IMG/VR virus record: IMGVR_UViG_3300022666_000034
Span: 1-44,423 of that record
DNA: 44,423 bases
Origin: a virus
Lineage: Duplodnaviria > Caudoviricetes
Direction: 5' to 3' (one strand)
Numbering within the stretch: the first letter of the stretch is position 1; each line of letters begins with the position of its first letter. The notes beneath the pieces were generated by a model. It worked only from the letters and a program-made list of their open reading frames with translations. It was not told the DNA's origin and searched no databases. This document shows, piece by piece, positions 6,829-16,291 of this stretch. A program made the translations under genes and the position numbers.

Positions 6829-7068
6829 TTATTCGTTTTCGATGCCGACGCCACGACCGCCAACCGTAACAGCTACAAAGTAGCCATCAGCGCGGAGGGA
6901 GCGTATTTTTTCAAGCCCCGCCTTGCTCAGTTTTTGCAGATTCGTGCTGCCAGGGTGGCGCTGAATATGCCCCATTGCCTTAACCCTGAAGTATAAAGTA
7001 TCGTCCATCGGGGTTTCATTTTCCAACCAAGTTTTTGTTGCGTAGCATTCGTACATTTCGGTTTTCAT
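6829..7068 (-). CDS. Hypothetical protein (first gene of the reverse operon)
   Basis: GGAGG RBS; 79-aa ORF. Confidence 0.7.
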   Translation of the reverse strand: MKTEMYECYATKTWLENETPMDDTLYFRVKAMGHIQRHPGSTNLQKLSKAGLEKIRSLRADGYFVAVTVGGRGVGIENE

Positions 7069-7218
7069 TTCCTTCCTCCCTCAAAATGTATTTGCCTTAC
7101 TATATGCGATATGCGTACCAACATGGTCATGTGTATAGACATATGTTGTAACATGCCGAAATAGCAATGAAATAAATAGTTGACACGCTAAAACAGACTG
7201 GCGACTAAAAACAGAAAA

Positions 7219-7332
7219 TACCGCAAATGAGGTGATGTTTTCCGGGCAAATCGGGAAAAATTGCAGATTATGCAATCAGAACGGCATGTTAGAGAGTACC
7301 GCAAATGAGGTTGCAATTACCGCAAATGAGGT
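7219..7332. repeat. Three perfect 15-bp direct repeats TACCGCAAATGAGGT
   Basis: Copies at 7219-7233, 7297-7311 and 7318-7332 in the divergent intergenic region. Confidence 0.9.
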
Positions 7333-7430
7333 GTAGGGTAGAGTACGGCCCTAGGGTAGCTCCCGAAAAGAACGATTCCCTACGTTCCTGGGCCGAAAAC
7401 CTCATTAGGGCCGCACTATGGGAGGTGCAG

Positions 7431-7856
7431 ATGGATAAAGCCTTTTCAGCCGCCTATCGTTCTTACATAAAAAGCGATGCATGGCGAGATAAAAGAGAAT
7501 GGGTATTCAACCGCAAGGGGCGCAAATGTAAGGTATGTAAGTCCACTGAAAACCTACACATCCATCATTGCACCTACGAAATGCTTGGAAAAGAAAGGCT
7601 CCGCGATCTCGTTCCGCTATGCCAGTCATGCCATGACCTGGTTCACAAGATGGGGGGAGGCTATGCAGGGCTTAGGAAACTCACAAACGCGAAGAAGAAA
7701 AACACGGAATATCAGGCCAAAATAGAAAAACGGTGTAAACGGCGGCTCAGGAAGAGAAGGAATAAGGTCATTGAGGATCAGAAACAGAAAACAACAGCAT
7801 TTCGGCCCGTAACCATTATAAGGCGCGGCACAGAAACGATCAGACGGGAGGGCTAG
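7431..7856 (+). CDS. HNH endonuclease
   Basis: CKVCKSTENLHIHHCTY...LVPLCQSCHDLVH; GGAGG RBS; upstream of terminase. Confidence 0.85.
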   Translation: MDKAFSAAYRSYIKSDAWRDKREWVFNRKGRKCKVCKSTENLHIHHCTYEMLGKERLRDLVPLCQSCHDLVHKMGGGYAGLRKLTNAKKKNTEYQAKIEKRCKRRLRKRRNKVIEDQKQKTTAFRPVTIIRRGTETIRREG

Positions 7857-7858
7857 CA

Positions 7859-8197
7859 ATGTCCCTCCCTTATTTCAAGATACACCCACCGGATTACCTC
7901 AACGACTATGCCTACCAACGCCTAACAAATGAGGAGTTCGGCGTACTGATGCGCCTATATATGCTCATGTGGCAATCCAACATGATGTTGCATGATGATG
8001 ATATCAATATAGCCTGGCAACTCAGGCTAGACCCTCAAGCATGGGCCAAAATAAAGGCCAAGATGATTGACTTTGGGATACTGCTCAACGAGCACGGCAG
8101 CTTGATAAACAGCGCCATGAAAACAAAATACCTGGGTGCCGAAAGATATTCCCATCAACAGGCAGAAAAGCGGAAAAAACGCAAGAAATCCACATAG
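7859..8197 (+). CDS. DUF1376/YdaU-like protein (N-terminal domain of replication initiators), apparently truncated
   Basis: LPYFKIHPPDYLND...LTNEEFGVLMRLYMLMW motif. Confidence 0.65.
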   Translation: MSLPYFKIHPPDYLNDYAYQRLTNEEFGVLMRLYMLMWQSNMMLHDDDINIAWQLRLDPQAWAKIKAKMIDFGILLNEHGSLINSAMKTKYLGAERYSHQQAEKRKKRKKST

Positions 8198-8302
8198 TTC
8201 CAACTATGGTTAATCCATGGTTTAACCATGGCCTATACAATAAGCAATAGTCTATAGTCTATAGCCTATAAACAATAAGATTATACGTCGGAGATATCCA
8301 CC

Positions 8303-8740
8303 ATGCCACGCCCCAAAGGTGTCAAAAACGGCGATGGAAGAAAAAAGATCCTGGTCGCCCCAGAAAAACGAGCAAAGAACACACCCATCACCAAATTGCT
8401 CGATCAGGTACACCGTTGCCCAGGTATAACCACAAGAGAGCTGGGAGCCATCAACGGCGTGGACCATTCAGCTATAGTCCGTCTGTTCCAGCGCCACAAT
8501 ATCGACCGAGAAAGGGTAGAGGATTACAAAGGTAATAGAGCGGATTTCCTGGCAGGGCTGCAGGAGAGGATGCTCGCATCGATCACCGAGGCTGATTTGG
8601 AAAAGGCCTCCCTGCGCGATAAAGTCATATCTGCCGGGGTGCTATTCGATAAGGAGCGCCTCGAGCGTGGTCAATCCACGGTCAATCTGGCCTCTATTTT
8701 CGCCCGTGCGATGGAGGGAGGCGAGGGCAACGAGGGGTAG
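8303..8740 (+). CDS. terS: Putative terminase small subunit (HTH)
   Basis: MPRPKG start, HTH, LFDKERLERGQST motif; upstream of terL. Confidence 0.65.
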   Translation: MPRPKGVKNGDGRKKILVAPEKRAKNTPITKLLDQVHRCPGITTRELGAINGVDHSAIVRLFQRHNIDRERVEDYKGNRADFLAGLQERMLASITEADLEKASLRDKVISAGVLFDKERLERGQSTVNLASIFARAMEGGEGNEG

Positions 8741-8942
8741 TTTTGGGGGTATGTGTGATTGTCGCGAAGGTAAAAGCGCATGTACTACAGGTATTTGAGG
8801 GGCTTGTTGGATTCCTTCAACAGCATCCGATCGTCCGTGATGGGGTGCGGGAGGATGAGTCGCCTGGGGGGGGGTAGGATTGGACGGTCACGTATATATG
8901 CCAATGCTCCCCTCCTATCGCATATCAAACAAAAGGGGTTTT

Positions 8943-9236
8943 ATGAGGATACCAAAGCATTTCACGCTTCACGGGCAGCGGGTAGATGTGGTGTTTGACT
9001 CTTCCGTTGATTTTCGGAATGACAATCGTGGGGAGGCTCAGTTCAGGGTAAACCGGATTGCGTTGGCGCCTTCTTCTGAGACGCGTCCGATGCCCGTCAC
9101 TCAGGTTGAGCAGACGTTTTGCCATGAGCTGATGCATTATATATCCCATCATGCCGGGGTGGATTTGGATGAGAGGGATGTTGATTTGATGGGACATCTG
9201 CTGCATCAGGCGTTGGTAACAGCTGAGTATGAATGA
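8943..9236 (+). CDS. Small phage Zn-metallopeptidase-like protein (HExxH)
   Basis: EQTFCHELMH...LDERDVD motif. Confidence 0.7.
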   Translation: MRIPKHFTLHGQRVDVVFDSSVDFRNDNRGEAQFRVNRIALAPSSETRPMPVTQVEQTFCHELMHYISHHAGVDLDERDVDLMGHLLHQALVTAEYE

Positions 9237-9279
9237 TGGTTTGATGTAATTTCAACGCCGTGATGGCGTGGGGTGGGTA

Positions 9280-10809
9280 ATGGAAGATAAGCAGGTTGCA
9301 AGGGCGCGGAAGTTACTGGAGAAGTGGACAAAAGACCCTCTGTCGTGGGTGGCGGATAATTTCCCTACGGTGAAGTTATCGACTCAGCAGAGGGATTTTT
9401 TTGAGTTACTTGGGCGGTATGTGGATGCGAAGGTGCGAGCGGGGAATGGAGAAGAGTTATCGAGTGAGGATGCGGAGCTTGCCGGTAAGGTAGGTTTTTC
9501 GATATCCGCTGGGCAGGGTGTGGGTAAGGATTTTGTTACGGCGTTGGTGATTTATTGGTTTTTGTGGTGCAATCCGAGGGCTGAGAAGCATCCTAAGTAC
9601 AATGTGCAGGACAAGCCCAAGGTGGTAGCAACTGGCGTTGGTGGGAAGCATTTGAGGAATGTCTTGTGGGCTGAGTTGTCCAAGATAGCGATGCTGTCCA
9701 AGCCTTCTGACGCCAAGGGCGAGAGTCCGATATTGAAGGAGCTGTTTGAGTGGCAGACTGAGAAGCTGAGTTTTCGTGATAAGAGGTATGAGAACTGGTT
9801 TGCTGAAGCGGTGACGATAAACGCCAATTCCACAGCGGAGGAACAGGCGAGGACTTTGTATGGTCGTCATGCTCATTCGATGCTGATAGTTGCGGATGAG
9901 GCGGCGGGCATTCCAGATCCTGTTTTCACGACGATGGAAGGGACGATGACGGACCCTATCAACTTTGCCTTGATGATATTCAACCCTATCAAGACGAAGG
10001 GTTACGCCATCAGGAGCCAGGGGGAGGAGCGGGACAAGTGGCTTTGTTTACGGTGGGATGCGGAGGAATCTGAGCTTGTATCAAGGGAGTCGATAGAGAG
10101 AAAGAGGCGATACGGTGAACAATCTTACGAATGGAGGGTTTTGGTTAAAGGAATGCCTCCGCTGGTGGATTGCAACACTCTTATTCCTCCTGATTGGATA
10201 TTGGCGGCAATAGACAGGGATATAGGGGAACAGACAGGGCGCGGGGTGGTTCTTGGCGCGGATATTGGCGGGGGAGGGGATAGGAGCGTGGTTTGTACCC
10301 GCCATGGTGGTGTTGTGGTTGGTTTTGAGCGCAATTCTTCGGCAGACACGACAGTGGTTGAGGATTGGGCGCATTCGCTTTACATGAGGCATTCAGCCGG
10401 GTGCGTGGTGGTCGATAATATTGGTATTGGCGCGGGTGTTTACTTTTCGTTGCGCAAGAAGGTTGGCGTCACGGCCAGGAAGGGCGACGCCAGGGAGACG
10501 GCGCGGGACGATGCGAGATTCTTCAATAAGAGGGCGGAAGCATATTGGAGGTTGCGTGAGGCTTTTGAAGCCGGGGCGATTTCCATCCCGAACGACAAGG
10601 ATCTGATAAACGAGTTGTCTGCTATCACATATGACCCGTCTAACCGCAACAAGATAGCTGACAAGAAGGACATGCGGAAGAAGTTGGGGGGGAAGTCTCC
10701 GGACTCGGCTGATGCGCTGGCACTGACCTTTTATGTTGAAGACAAGCAGTTTGTCGGGGGGAAGAGGAAGACAATGAAGGTAGACATGACCGGCGTATTT
10801 TTGCGGTAA
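9280..10809 (+). CDS. terL: Terminase large subunit
   Basis: Walker A AGQGVGKD, Walker B LIVADEAAG, IFNP motif, nuclease GADIGGGGDRS and KSPDSADAL. Confidence 0.95.
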   Translation: MEDKQVARARKLLEKWTKDPLSWVADNFPTVKLSTQQRDFFELLGRYVDAKVRAGNGEELSSEDAELAGKVGFSISAGQGVGKDFVTALVIYWFLWCNPRAEKHPKYNVQDKPKVVATGVGGKHLRNVLWAELSKIAMLSKPSDAKGESPILKELFEWQTEKLSFRDKRYENWFAEAVTINANSTAEEQARTLYGRHAHSMLIVADEAAGIPDPVFTTMEGTMTDPINFALMIFNPIKTKGYAIRSQGEERDKWLCLRWDAEESELVSRESIERKRRYGEQSYEWRVLVKGMPPLVDCNTLIPPDWILAAIDRDIGEQTGRGVVLGADIGGGGDRSVVCTRHGGVVVGFERNSSADTTVVEDWAHSLYMRHSAGCVVVDNIGIGAGVYFSLRKKVGVTARKGDARETARDDARFFNKRAEAYWRLREAFEAGAISIPNDKDLINELSAITYDPSNRNKIADKKDMRKKLGGKSPDSADALALTFYVEDKQFVGGKRKTMKVDMTGVFLR

Positions 10810-10960
10810 TTATGTATTATTATGCACAATAATGAATAATTGCATAAAATAGCTTTACATTATATTTAACATTGTGATAGTTTAGAATAAAGGCTAAAAG
10901 GTTTTAAGTGGGCCTAATTTTTTTACCATCTTATCAATAATGATTATCAACAAGTAATGG
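10810..10960 (+). promoter_or_regulatory. AT-rich intergenic region, likely promoter for virion genes
   Basis: Sharp AT enrichment; TTATGCA...TGCATAA inverted repeat at ~10820-10848. Confidence 0.4.
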
Positions 10961-10984
10961 TTATTGATAATGAAAGTGGTGGCG

Positions 10985-13021
10985 ATGGAAGACGGGAATC
11001 TGCTCAAAAAAGCGAAGGATTTTGAAGCCTCGTTCAACACTTGGTTTTCATCCGGGCTGCAACAGACGATTGAAGACAATCGCGCAAGATACCGGATGCA
11101 GATGAAGGACAAGGAGGAACGGGAGAGTCTCGGTTTATCCGCGCTTCCGTCAACTAAATCCACTTCTGTTGTTGACCGCGCCGTTGACCGTGCGCTGATG
11201 GATTATCACACTGACGCTGATTCCATCAGTTTCACCTCCCGCGCAGTCAATGACCCGTTTTCCGACCAGCTCGCCAACATCCTCACCAAAGACTTTCAGT
11301 ACCGTTCACAGAACACTTTCCCTTTCTTCACCTGGCACAACGCATCACTTACGGCCTGTTTTGCTGATGGGCTAGAGGCTGCAATGGTGCGGTGGAAGAA
11401 GGAAAGTTACGAAATAGATGGCGGCGTTGAGTACGAGCTTGATGGGGAGATATTCACAGAGGAAGACGTTTCCGGTCTCGGGCCTGAATTGCTATCCCTG
11501 CTCACCCCCCGCAAGGTAAAGAAGGAAAGCGTTGCTTGTGATTCGTGGTGGATAGACCAGCTGAAGCCGGGGGAAAACTTCCTTTGGGACTTCAAAGCGC
11601 CATATCTCGATATCAACATGGGACAGTCCGCAATGGTCAAGATACCCATGACCGTTGACGAAATTATGGGTATGTCGGCCAAGGGCGTATTCAGCAAGCT
11701 GAACCGTGAAGAAGTCGCGGCGAAGGCGACCGCATCCGGCAGTGATTCGCGCTATCAGGACAGCGGGAAGACCGTATCTGATCCTGACGAGATAGATGGT
11801 GGCTTTCTGAACCGTGTTCCGGTGTGGTTTTACTTCCACAAGGAGCGGTTTCAATGGTTTGTGACCTTCTCTCTTGATGGGGAGATGATTCTTTCCGAGA
11901 CGAAGCCCGTCAACGATGTCTTTTTCAACGGTCGTCCCGTCAACCGTCTTCCAGTGGTCCTTGGAACGTCAAAGCTCAAGTTGCTTGAGAATATCGGGCG
12001 TGGGCTGCCTGAGACTATCGCGCCCATTGAAGATGAGTGGACGGACCACAGGAATAACATCAATGACGCGGCGAAGATAACTATCCAAGGGCGTGTGAGG
12101 ATTGAACCGGGCTCAGAGGTGGAAATCAACGATGTTCTGAATGCAAGGGCGTTCTACGCTTCGCAGGGAGACGTGGAGTTTGTGGACCGACAGATGAACC
12201 TCATTGACTCCCTCCGGGCGGCGGATTCGCTCAACGCTGACATGAACGAGTTGGTCCCGGTTGGCCTGGACAATCGACAGTTGGTTCCAAAGGGGACAAA
12301 CAAGACCCTGGGCGCGGTGCAAATGTCCATGGGGGCGCAACAGGAAAAGTTGTCCGTGCAACTGATGGTGCGGAACGAGACCTTTTTTAAGCCTCTTTTG
12401 TGGCTGATAGCGCAACTTACCTTTGCTTTCGAGTCCGATGAAACCATCTTCAAGATCGCATCAGTTCAGGCAGGGGTAGACCCGAATCAACCGCCCTTTT
12501 CCACGTTTATCGACGGCAAGCCGGGGATTGATTTTTCTGTCTTCGACTTTGATGCAAACGTGCAGATAAACGCCGGTCTTGGCAGCGTCCCGCGCCAGCA
12601 GAAGCTATCGAACATGATGATGGTCTATCAGTTGGCGCAGTCGTTGGGCATTGAGCTGGATGGGCTGGATATCGTCAAGCGGGCTAACGTCCTTGCAGGT
12701 TTCGATGCAAATCAGTTCAATCCGCAGCGTAAGCAACCGGCCCCGCCAGCGGTGGATTACAAGCTGGATATCAAGACTTCAATGCTGGAGTTGACGGCTT
12801 TGGATTCGGAGATATCGGCGGCGATCATCCAGAAGCTGAAAGAGGGGCAATTCTCAGTATCGGCAGTGGCTGACGACCAGGCCGCCATTAACGAGATGAT
12901 GCACAACATGATGAGCAATCCGTCGGGGGCGCCGGTAACGGACATGATGAGCAATCCGGCGGCGGCGCAGGGGATGAGCGAAGGCGGGCAGATAGGCGGC
13001 GGAGGCGGATATGGAGAGTAA
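10985..13021 (+). CDS. Portal protein (podovirus-type)
   Basis: ~680 aa directly after terL; GRGLPETIAPIEDEWTDHRNNIND pattern typical of P22/T7-like portals; start codon uncertain (10964, 10970 or 10985). Confidence 0.8.
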   Translation: MEDGNLLKKAKDFEASFNTWFSSGLQQTIEDNRARYRMQMKDKEERESLGLSALPSTKSTSVVDRAVDRALMDYHTDADSISFTSRAVNDPFSDQLANILTKDFQYRSQNTFPFFTWHNASLTACFADGLEAAMVRWKKESYEIDGGVEYELDGEIFTEEDVSGLGPELLSLLTPRKVKKESVACDSWWIDQLKPGENFLWDFKAPYLDINMGQSAMVKIPMTVDEIMGMSAKGVFSKLNREEVAAKATASGSDSRYQDSGKTVSDPDEIDGGFLNRVPVWFYFHKERFQWFVTFSLDGEMILSETKPVNDVFFNGRPVNRLPVVLGTSKLKLLENIGRGLPETIAPIEDEWTDHRNNINDAAKITIQGRVRIEPGSEVEINDVLNARAFYASQGDVEFVDRQMNLIDSLRAADSLNADMNELVPVGLDNRQLVPKGTNKTLGAVQMSMGAQQEKLSVQLMVRNETFFKPLLWLIAQLTFAFESDETIFKIASVQAGVDPNQPPFSTFIDGKPGIDFSVFDFDANVQINAGLGSVPRQQKLSNMMMVYQLAQSLGIELDGLDIVKRANVLAGFDANQFNPQRKQPAPPAVDYKLDIKTSMLELTALDSEISAAIIQKLKEGQFSVSAVADDQAAINEMMHNMMSNPSGAPVTDMMSNPAAAQGMSEGGQIGGGGGYGE

Positions 13022-13295
13022 CGAAAGGTTGCTTTTACACATAGCCGACGGGCTTTACCGCATGTCGCGTGATGCCCAGTCCCGTTATGACACAGCCAAG
13101 ACAGCGGAAGAATGCGCCGAACTGCGTATCATCCGCAAGATTGCCACGTCGAGCATTCCGAGGCTGATTGAAACCTTTGTGAGAGAAGACGACAAGAAGT
13201 GGAACTTCTGGGAGTGGTATCTGAAAAAGACCAAGAAAAACAATACCGTTTTGCCAGCAAGGAGCTGGTGGAGGAGGTTGTTACATATCGGATAG
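13011..13295 (+). CDS. Hypothetical protein between portal and scaffold
   Basis: Overlaps the portal stop; typical position. Confidence 0.7.
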   Translation: MESNERLLLHIADGLYRMSRDAQSRYDTAKTAEECAELRIIRKIATSSIPRLIETFVREDDKKWNFWEWYLKKTKKNNTVLPARSWWRRLLHIG

Positions 13296-13324
13296 CCTAA
13301 CGTCAGGGCAGAAAGAGGCCAAGC

Positions 13325-14296
13325 ATGAACGAAGAGAGCACCGTCGAGACGACAGGGGCGGAAGTAGAAGTATCCACGGAAGAAGCTGAAGCCGCGAGCG
13401 TAAGCGGGGAAGAGGAGGAAACGCAATCCTCCGAAGATAGCGAAGTATCCGAAGAAACCAACAGTCAGGAAGCCGAAGAAGGCGACGAGGACGAAAGGGA
13501 ATCCGGTCAGGGCCACAATCTGACCGCTGAAGAGCGCAAGGCGCAGTTGCAACAGGAGATTCGGGAACTTGCCAATACTAAGCGGGCCTTAAAGGAGACC
13601 CTAGCCGCCGAAGTCGAAGAACAGGTCAAGTCGGTACTCCAAAAGGCTGAAGCGGAAAAGCCGCCTTTCATCGACGTGCCATGGGACCGCATAAATGACC
13701 ATGTGGCGGCGGAGATGGAAGAGATAGAAAACCTCAAGGCGGAAGGCAAGGCCGCTCAAGCCCTTTTCAAACAACGCGCACTGGATAAGCTCTGTGCTGA
13801 AATTGAGGAAAACGAGGCCAAGCGGCAGCAATGGCAGTCCGAGCAGGAAGCCAAGGCGCGGCAGCCACATCAGACGCAATGGACGGAACAGGCCATATCT
13901 GAGGCGTCGGAGATTGTCAGGAAGTCGCGGGGCGTTAAGCCCGACGATTGGAAGTTGGTAGAGCAATGGTTTGACGCAAAGGTGGAGGAAGATCCCCTTA
14001 TTGGTCTTCAATACCGCGAAAAGCTCACTACCCAGGGACCGGCCCACGCGATTATCTGGAAACATGAGTATGTCACGCAGGAAATGGGCAAGAAGGCGAA
14101 AGCGGACAAGGAGCGGAGGGAAGAAGGGAAGGGTAAGCAGTTGTCTGTAAGCCCGGAAAACTCGGGCAAGGGCGTATCTATCAAGACCTTTGCCGAATTC
14201 CGCAAATTGAGCGGCAAGCAGCAGGTGGAGTTTGCTAAGACGCACCCCAAAGCCTTTGAAAAGATAATGGAAAACAAGATGAGTACGGCTTTATAA
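13325..14296 (+). CDS. Capsid scaffolding protein
   Basis: Acidic low-complexity N-terminus and coiled coil, directly before the major capsid protein. Confidence 0.75.
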   Translation: MNEESTVETTGAEVEVSTEEAEAASVSGEEEETQSSEDSEVSEETNSQEAEEGDEDERESGQGHNLTAEERKAQLQQEIRELANTKRALKETLAAEVEEQVKSVLQKAEAEKPPFIDVPWDRINDHVAAEMEEIENLKAEGKAAQALFKQRALDKLCAEIEENEAKRQQWQSEQEAKARQPHQTQWTEQAISEASEIVRKSRGVKPDDWKLVEQWFDAKVEEDPLIGLQYREKLTTQGPAHAIIWKHEYVTQEMGKKAKADKERREEGKGKQLSVSPENSGKGVSIKTFAEFRKLSGKQQVEFAKTHPKAFEKIMENKMSTAL

Positions 14297-14338
14297 ATCT
14301 AGCAAGTTACCGTCGAGATGACGGAAAGGAGTTACCAG

Positions 14339-15325
14339 ATGGCAACAACCAAGATATCCGATATCATTGTCCCTGAAGTATTGGGGAGCATGGTCCCGGC
14401 ACTTCTCACCGAGCACATGGACCTGATGCGGCTTGGGTTCGCAACAGGCGATTACAAGAACGTGAACATCACCGAAGGCGGTTCTTTTGTCAACGTTCCT
14501 TTCTACGGGGAACTGACTGGAGATGATGAGATAATGACTGACGACACTTCCAGCGTTCCCGGCAAACTCTCCACCCTCAAAGACATAGGCGTTGTCTGTC
14601 ACCGTATCAAGTCATGGGGCAGCCGCGACCTTGCAAAAATCCTCTCCGGCTCCGATCCCATGAAAGAAGCGTCGCGCCAACTGGCGGCATACTGGGGATA
14701 TCGCGGCCAGCAGGCTCTTATCAGCGTCCTCAACGGCGTGTTTAACGCCAGCGGCCCGCTTGGAACGGGCGCGACAAACCCGCACGTTACCGACGTTGCT
14801 GTCACCTCTTCCACAGCCGTCACCATGACCGCTACCCAGGCTATTACAACCTTGCAGCTCATGGGGCAGTATTTCACGGGGATTGACGGATGGGTGATGC
14901 ATTCGAAGGTCTTCCTCGATTGCGAAAAAGAAAAGCTTATCACCTATTCCGAGACCAAGAATCCGGATGACCTGGTATCCATGTGGCGTCAACCGATGTT
15001 CCTCGGCAAGCCGGTGGTGATTTCCGATGATGTCCCGGTGGACACCACGACTCCGAGTTACTACAAGTACACCACTTATGGGCTCGGCAAGGGCGCGTTG
15101 TATTTCGGGACACAGAAGAAGATGAACCCCGAAACCGACCGCGATATTCTGGCAAAGGAAGATGTTCTTTCCTGCGACTTCCATTTTGTCCCGCATCTGA
15201 AGCTGGTCAAGTGGGGCGTCTCCACAGAAAACCCGACCAATACGCAGCTGGCCACTTACGGCAACTGGACCCTCATTGCTGAAAACCACAAGTTCGTCAA
15301 GGCAATAGCGATTGTAACCAACTAA
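14339..15325 (+). CDS. Major capsid protein (HK97 fold, SPP1 gp13-like)
   Basis: MATTKISDIIVPEV...GGSFVNVPFYGELTG...MHSKV...FLGKPVVISDDVP...ETDRDILAKED; AAGGAG RBS. Confidence 0.88.
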   Translation: MATTKISDIIVPEVLGSMVPALLTEHMDLMRLGFATGDYKNVNITEGGSFVNVPFYGELTGDDEIMTDDTSSVPGKLSTLKDIGVVCHRIKSWGSRDLAKILSGSDPMKEASRQLAAYWGYRGQQALISVLNGVFNASGPLGTGATNPHVTDVAVTSSTAVTMTATQAITTLQLMGQYFTGIDGWVMHSKVFLDCEKEKLITYSETKNPDDLVSMWRQPMFLGKPVVISDDVPVDTTTPSYYKYTTYGLGKGALYFGTQKKMNPETDRDILAKEDVLSCDFHFVPHLKLVKWGVSTENPTNTQLATYGNWTLIAENHKFVKAIAIVTN

Positions 15326-15365
15326 CCGGAGGGGCGAAATCCCCTCTTGCATAAGGAGAACACAC

Positions 15366-15677
15366 ATGGCGGCAATAGCTCACACTATGAACATCTCTCC
15401 GTCTCAGCCTCTCAAGGTCTATGAAGGGACTCTTGACGCGACGGCGATTCCTTACGCAACGGCGGCAATGGCAGAACAGGACATTACCATTACCGGCATT
15501 GCGGCGGGGGAAAAAGTTGTTTCTTTCTACGCAACTGACCAAGTGACTTTCGGTATCGGCAACGCTCGTGTTTCGGCGGCTAATACCCTTTCCGTTATCT
15601 TCGTTGCCACTGACACAGATACAGAGGTCAACCCGGCGAACACCATTAATTACCGGCTGATTACCATCCCGGCATAA
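15366..15677 (+). CDS. Putative capsid decoration/structural protein
   Basis: Beta-rich, follows the capsid gene; AAGGAG RBS. Confidence 0.6.
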   Translation: MAAIAHTMNISPSQPLKVYEGTLDATAIPYATAAMAEQDITITGIAAGEKVVSFYATDQVTFGIGNARVSAANTLSVIFVATDTDTEVNPANTINYRLITIPA

Positions 15678-15688
15678 GGAGGCTTCAC

Positions 15689-16069
15689 ATGAAGTATTTA
15701 GTTGCTCTTCTGGCGATACTGATGATTGCGGTGATTGCCCAGGCTGAAGGCCCGCTTCCGAAAGATTCATCCGGAAGACACGCCATTCAAGGAATATGCC
15801 CGTCTACCATCAGCTCGGTAAATCCAGGCACCAAGGGGACGGCTACCGTCTCCACTGTTGGCAAGGTGGGCATGTATTACACCTGCACCACGACACCCAC
15901 ATCCACCACAGCAACAACCGTGAAGGTTGGACGTAATGGCAGCGTAACAAACTTCTACCCTTCATCCAGCGGGACGCTGTATTTCGGCAAGGACACCGGA
16001 ACATCATCTATGGCCTTTGGCGCTTACTCATCCGCCAATAACACGACTTGCCATTATGTCACATGGTAA
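15689..16069 (+). CDS. Hypothetical protein with an N-terminal signal peptide
   Basis: MKYLVALLAILMIAVIAQA-E (n/h/c regions, AxA site); Thr/Ser-rich. Confidence 0.7.
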   Translation: MKYLVALLAILMIAVIAQAEGPLPKDSSGRHAIQGICPSTISSVNPGTKGTATVSTVGKVGMYYTCTTTPTSTTATTVKVGRNGSVTNFYPSSSGTLYFGKDTGTSSMAFGAYSSANNTTCHYVTW

Positions 16070-16106
16070 AGCGTTCATATCATGAACGCTCAACGAAAGG
16101 CAGCAG

Positions 16107-16289
16107 ATGGGAGTATCGACTTTCAGGAGAATGATGGGAAGGCGGCGGGCGAAATCGGACGCGGTTCAGGTTCCGCCCGCCCCACCCATAGAGGAAGAAA
16201 TCAACTTGCATGAATGCGCCATATGCGGATTCAAGACGAAGACCGCCCTTGCAATGGGGGCGCACATGCGACGGCATAAAGAAGGGTAA
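16107..16289 (+). CDS. Small C2H2 zinc-finger protein
   Basis: CAIC-x12-HMRRH. Confidence 0.6.
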   Translation: MGVSTFRRMMGRRRAKSDAVQVPPAPPIEEEINLHECAICGFKTKTALAMGAHMRRHKEG

Positions 16290-16291
16290 TC

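Noticed and set aside
13291-13301. GATAGCCTAAC as partner box for site J (10/11 complementary to GTTAGGCCATC)
   Set aside because: No hairpin or closing GTT box follows, and a 10/11 match is plausible by chance in 44 kb
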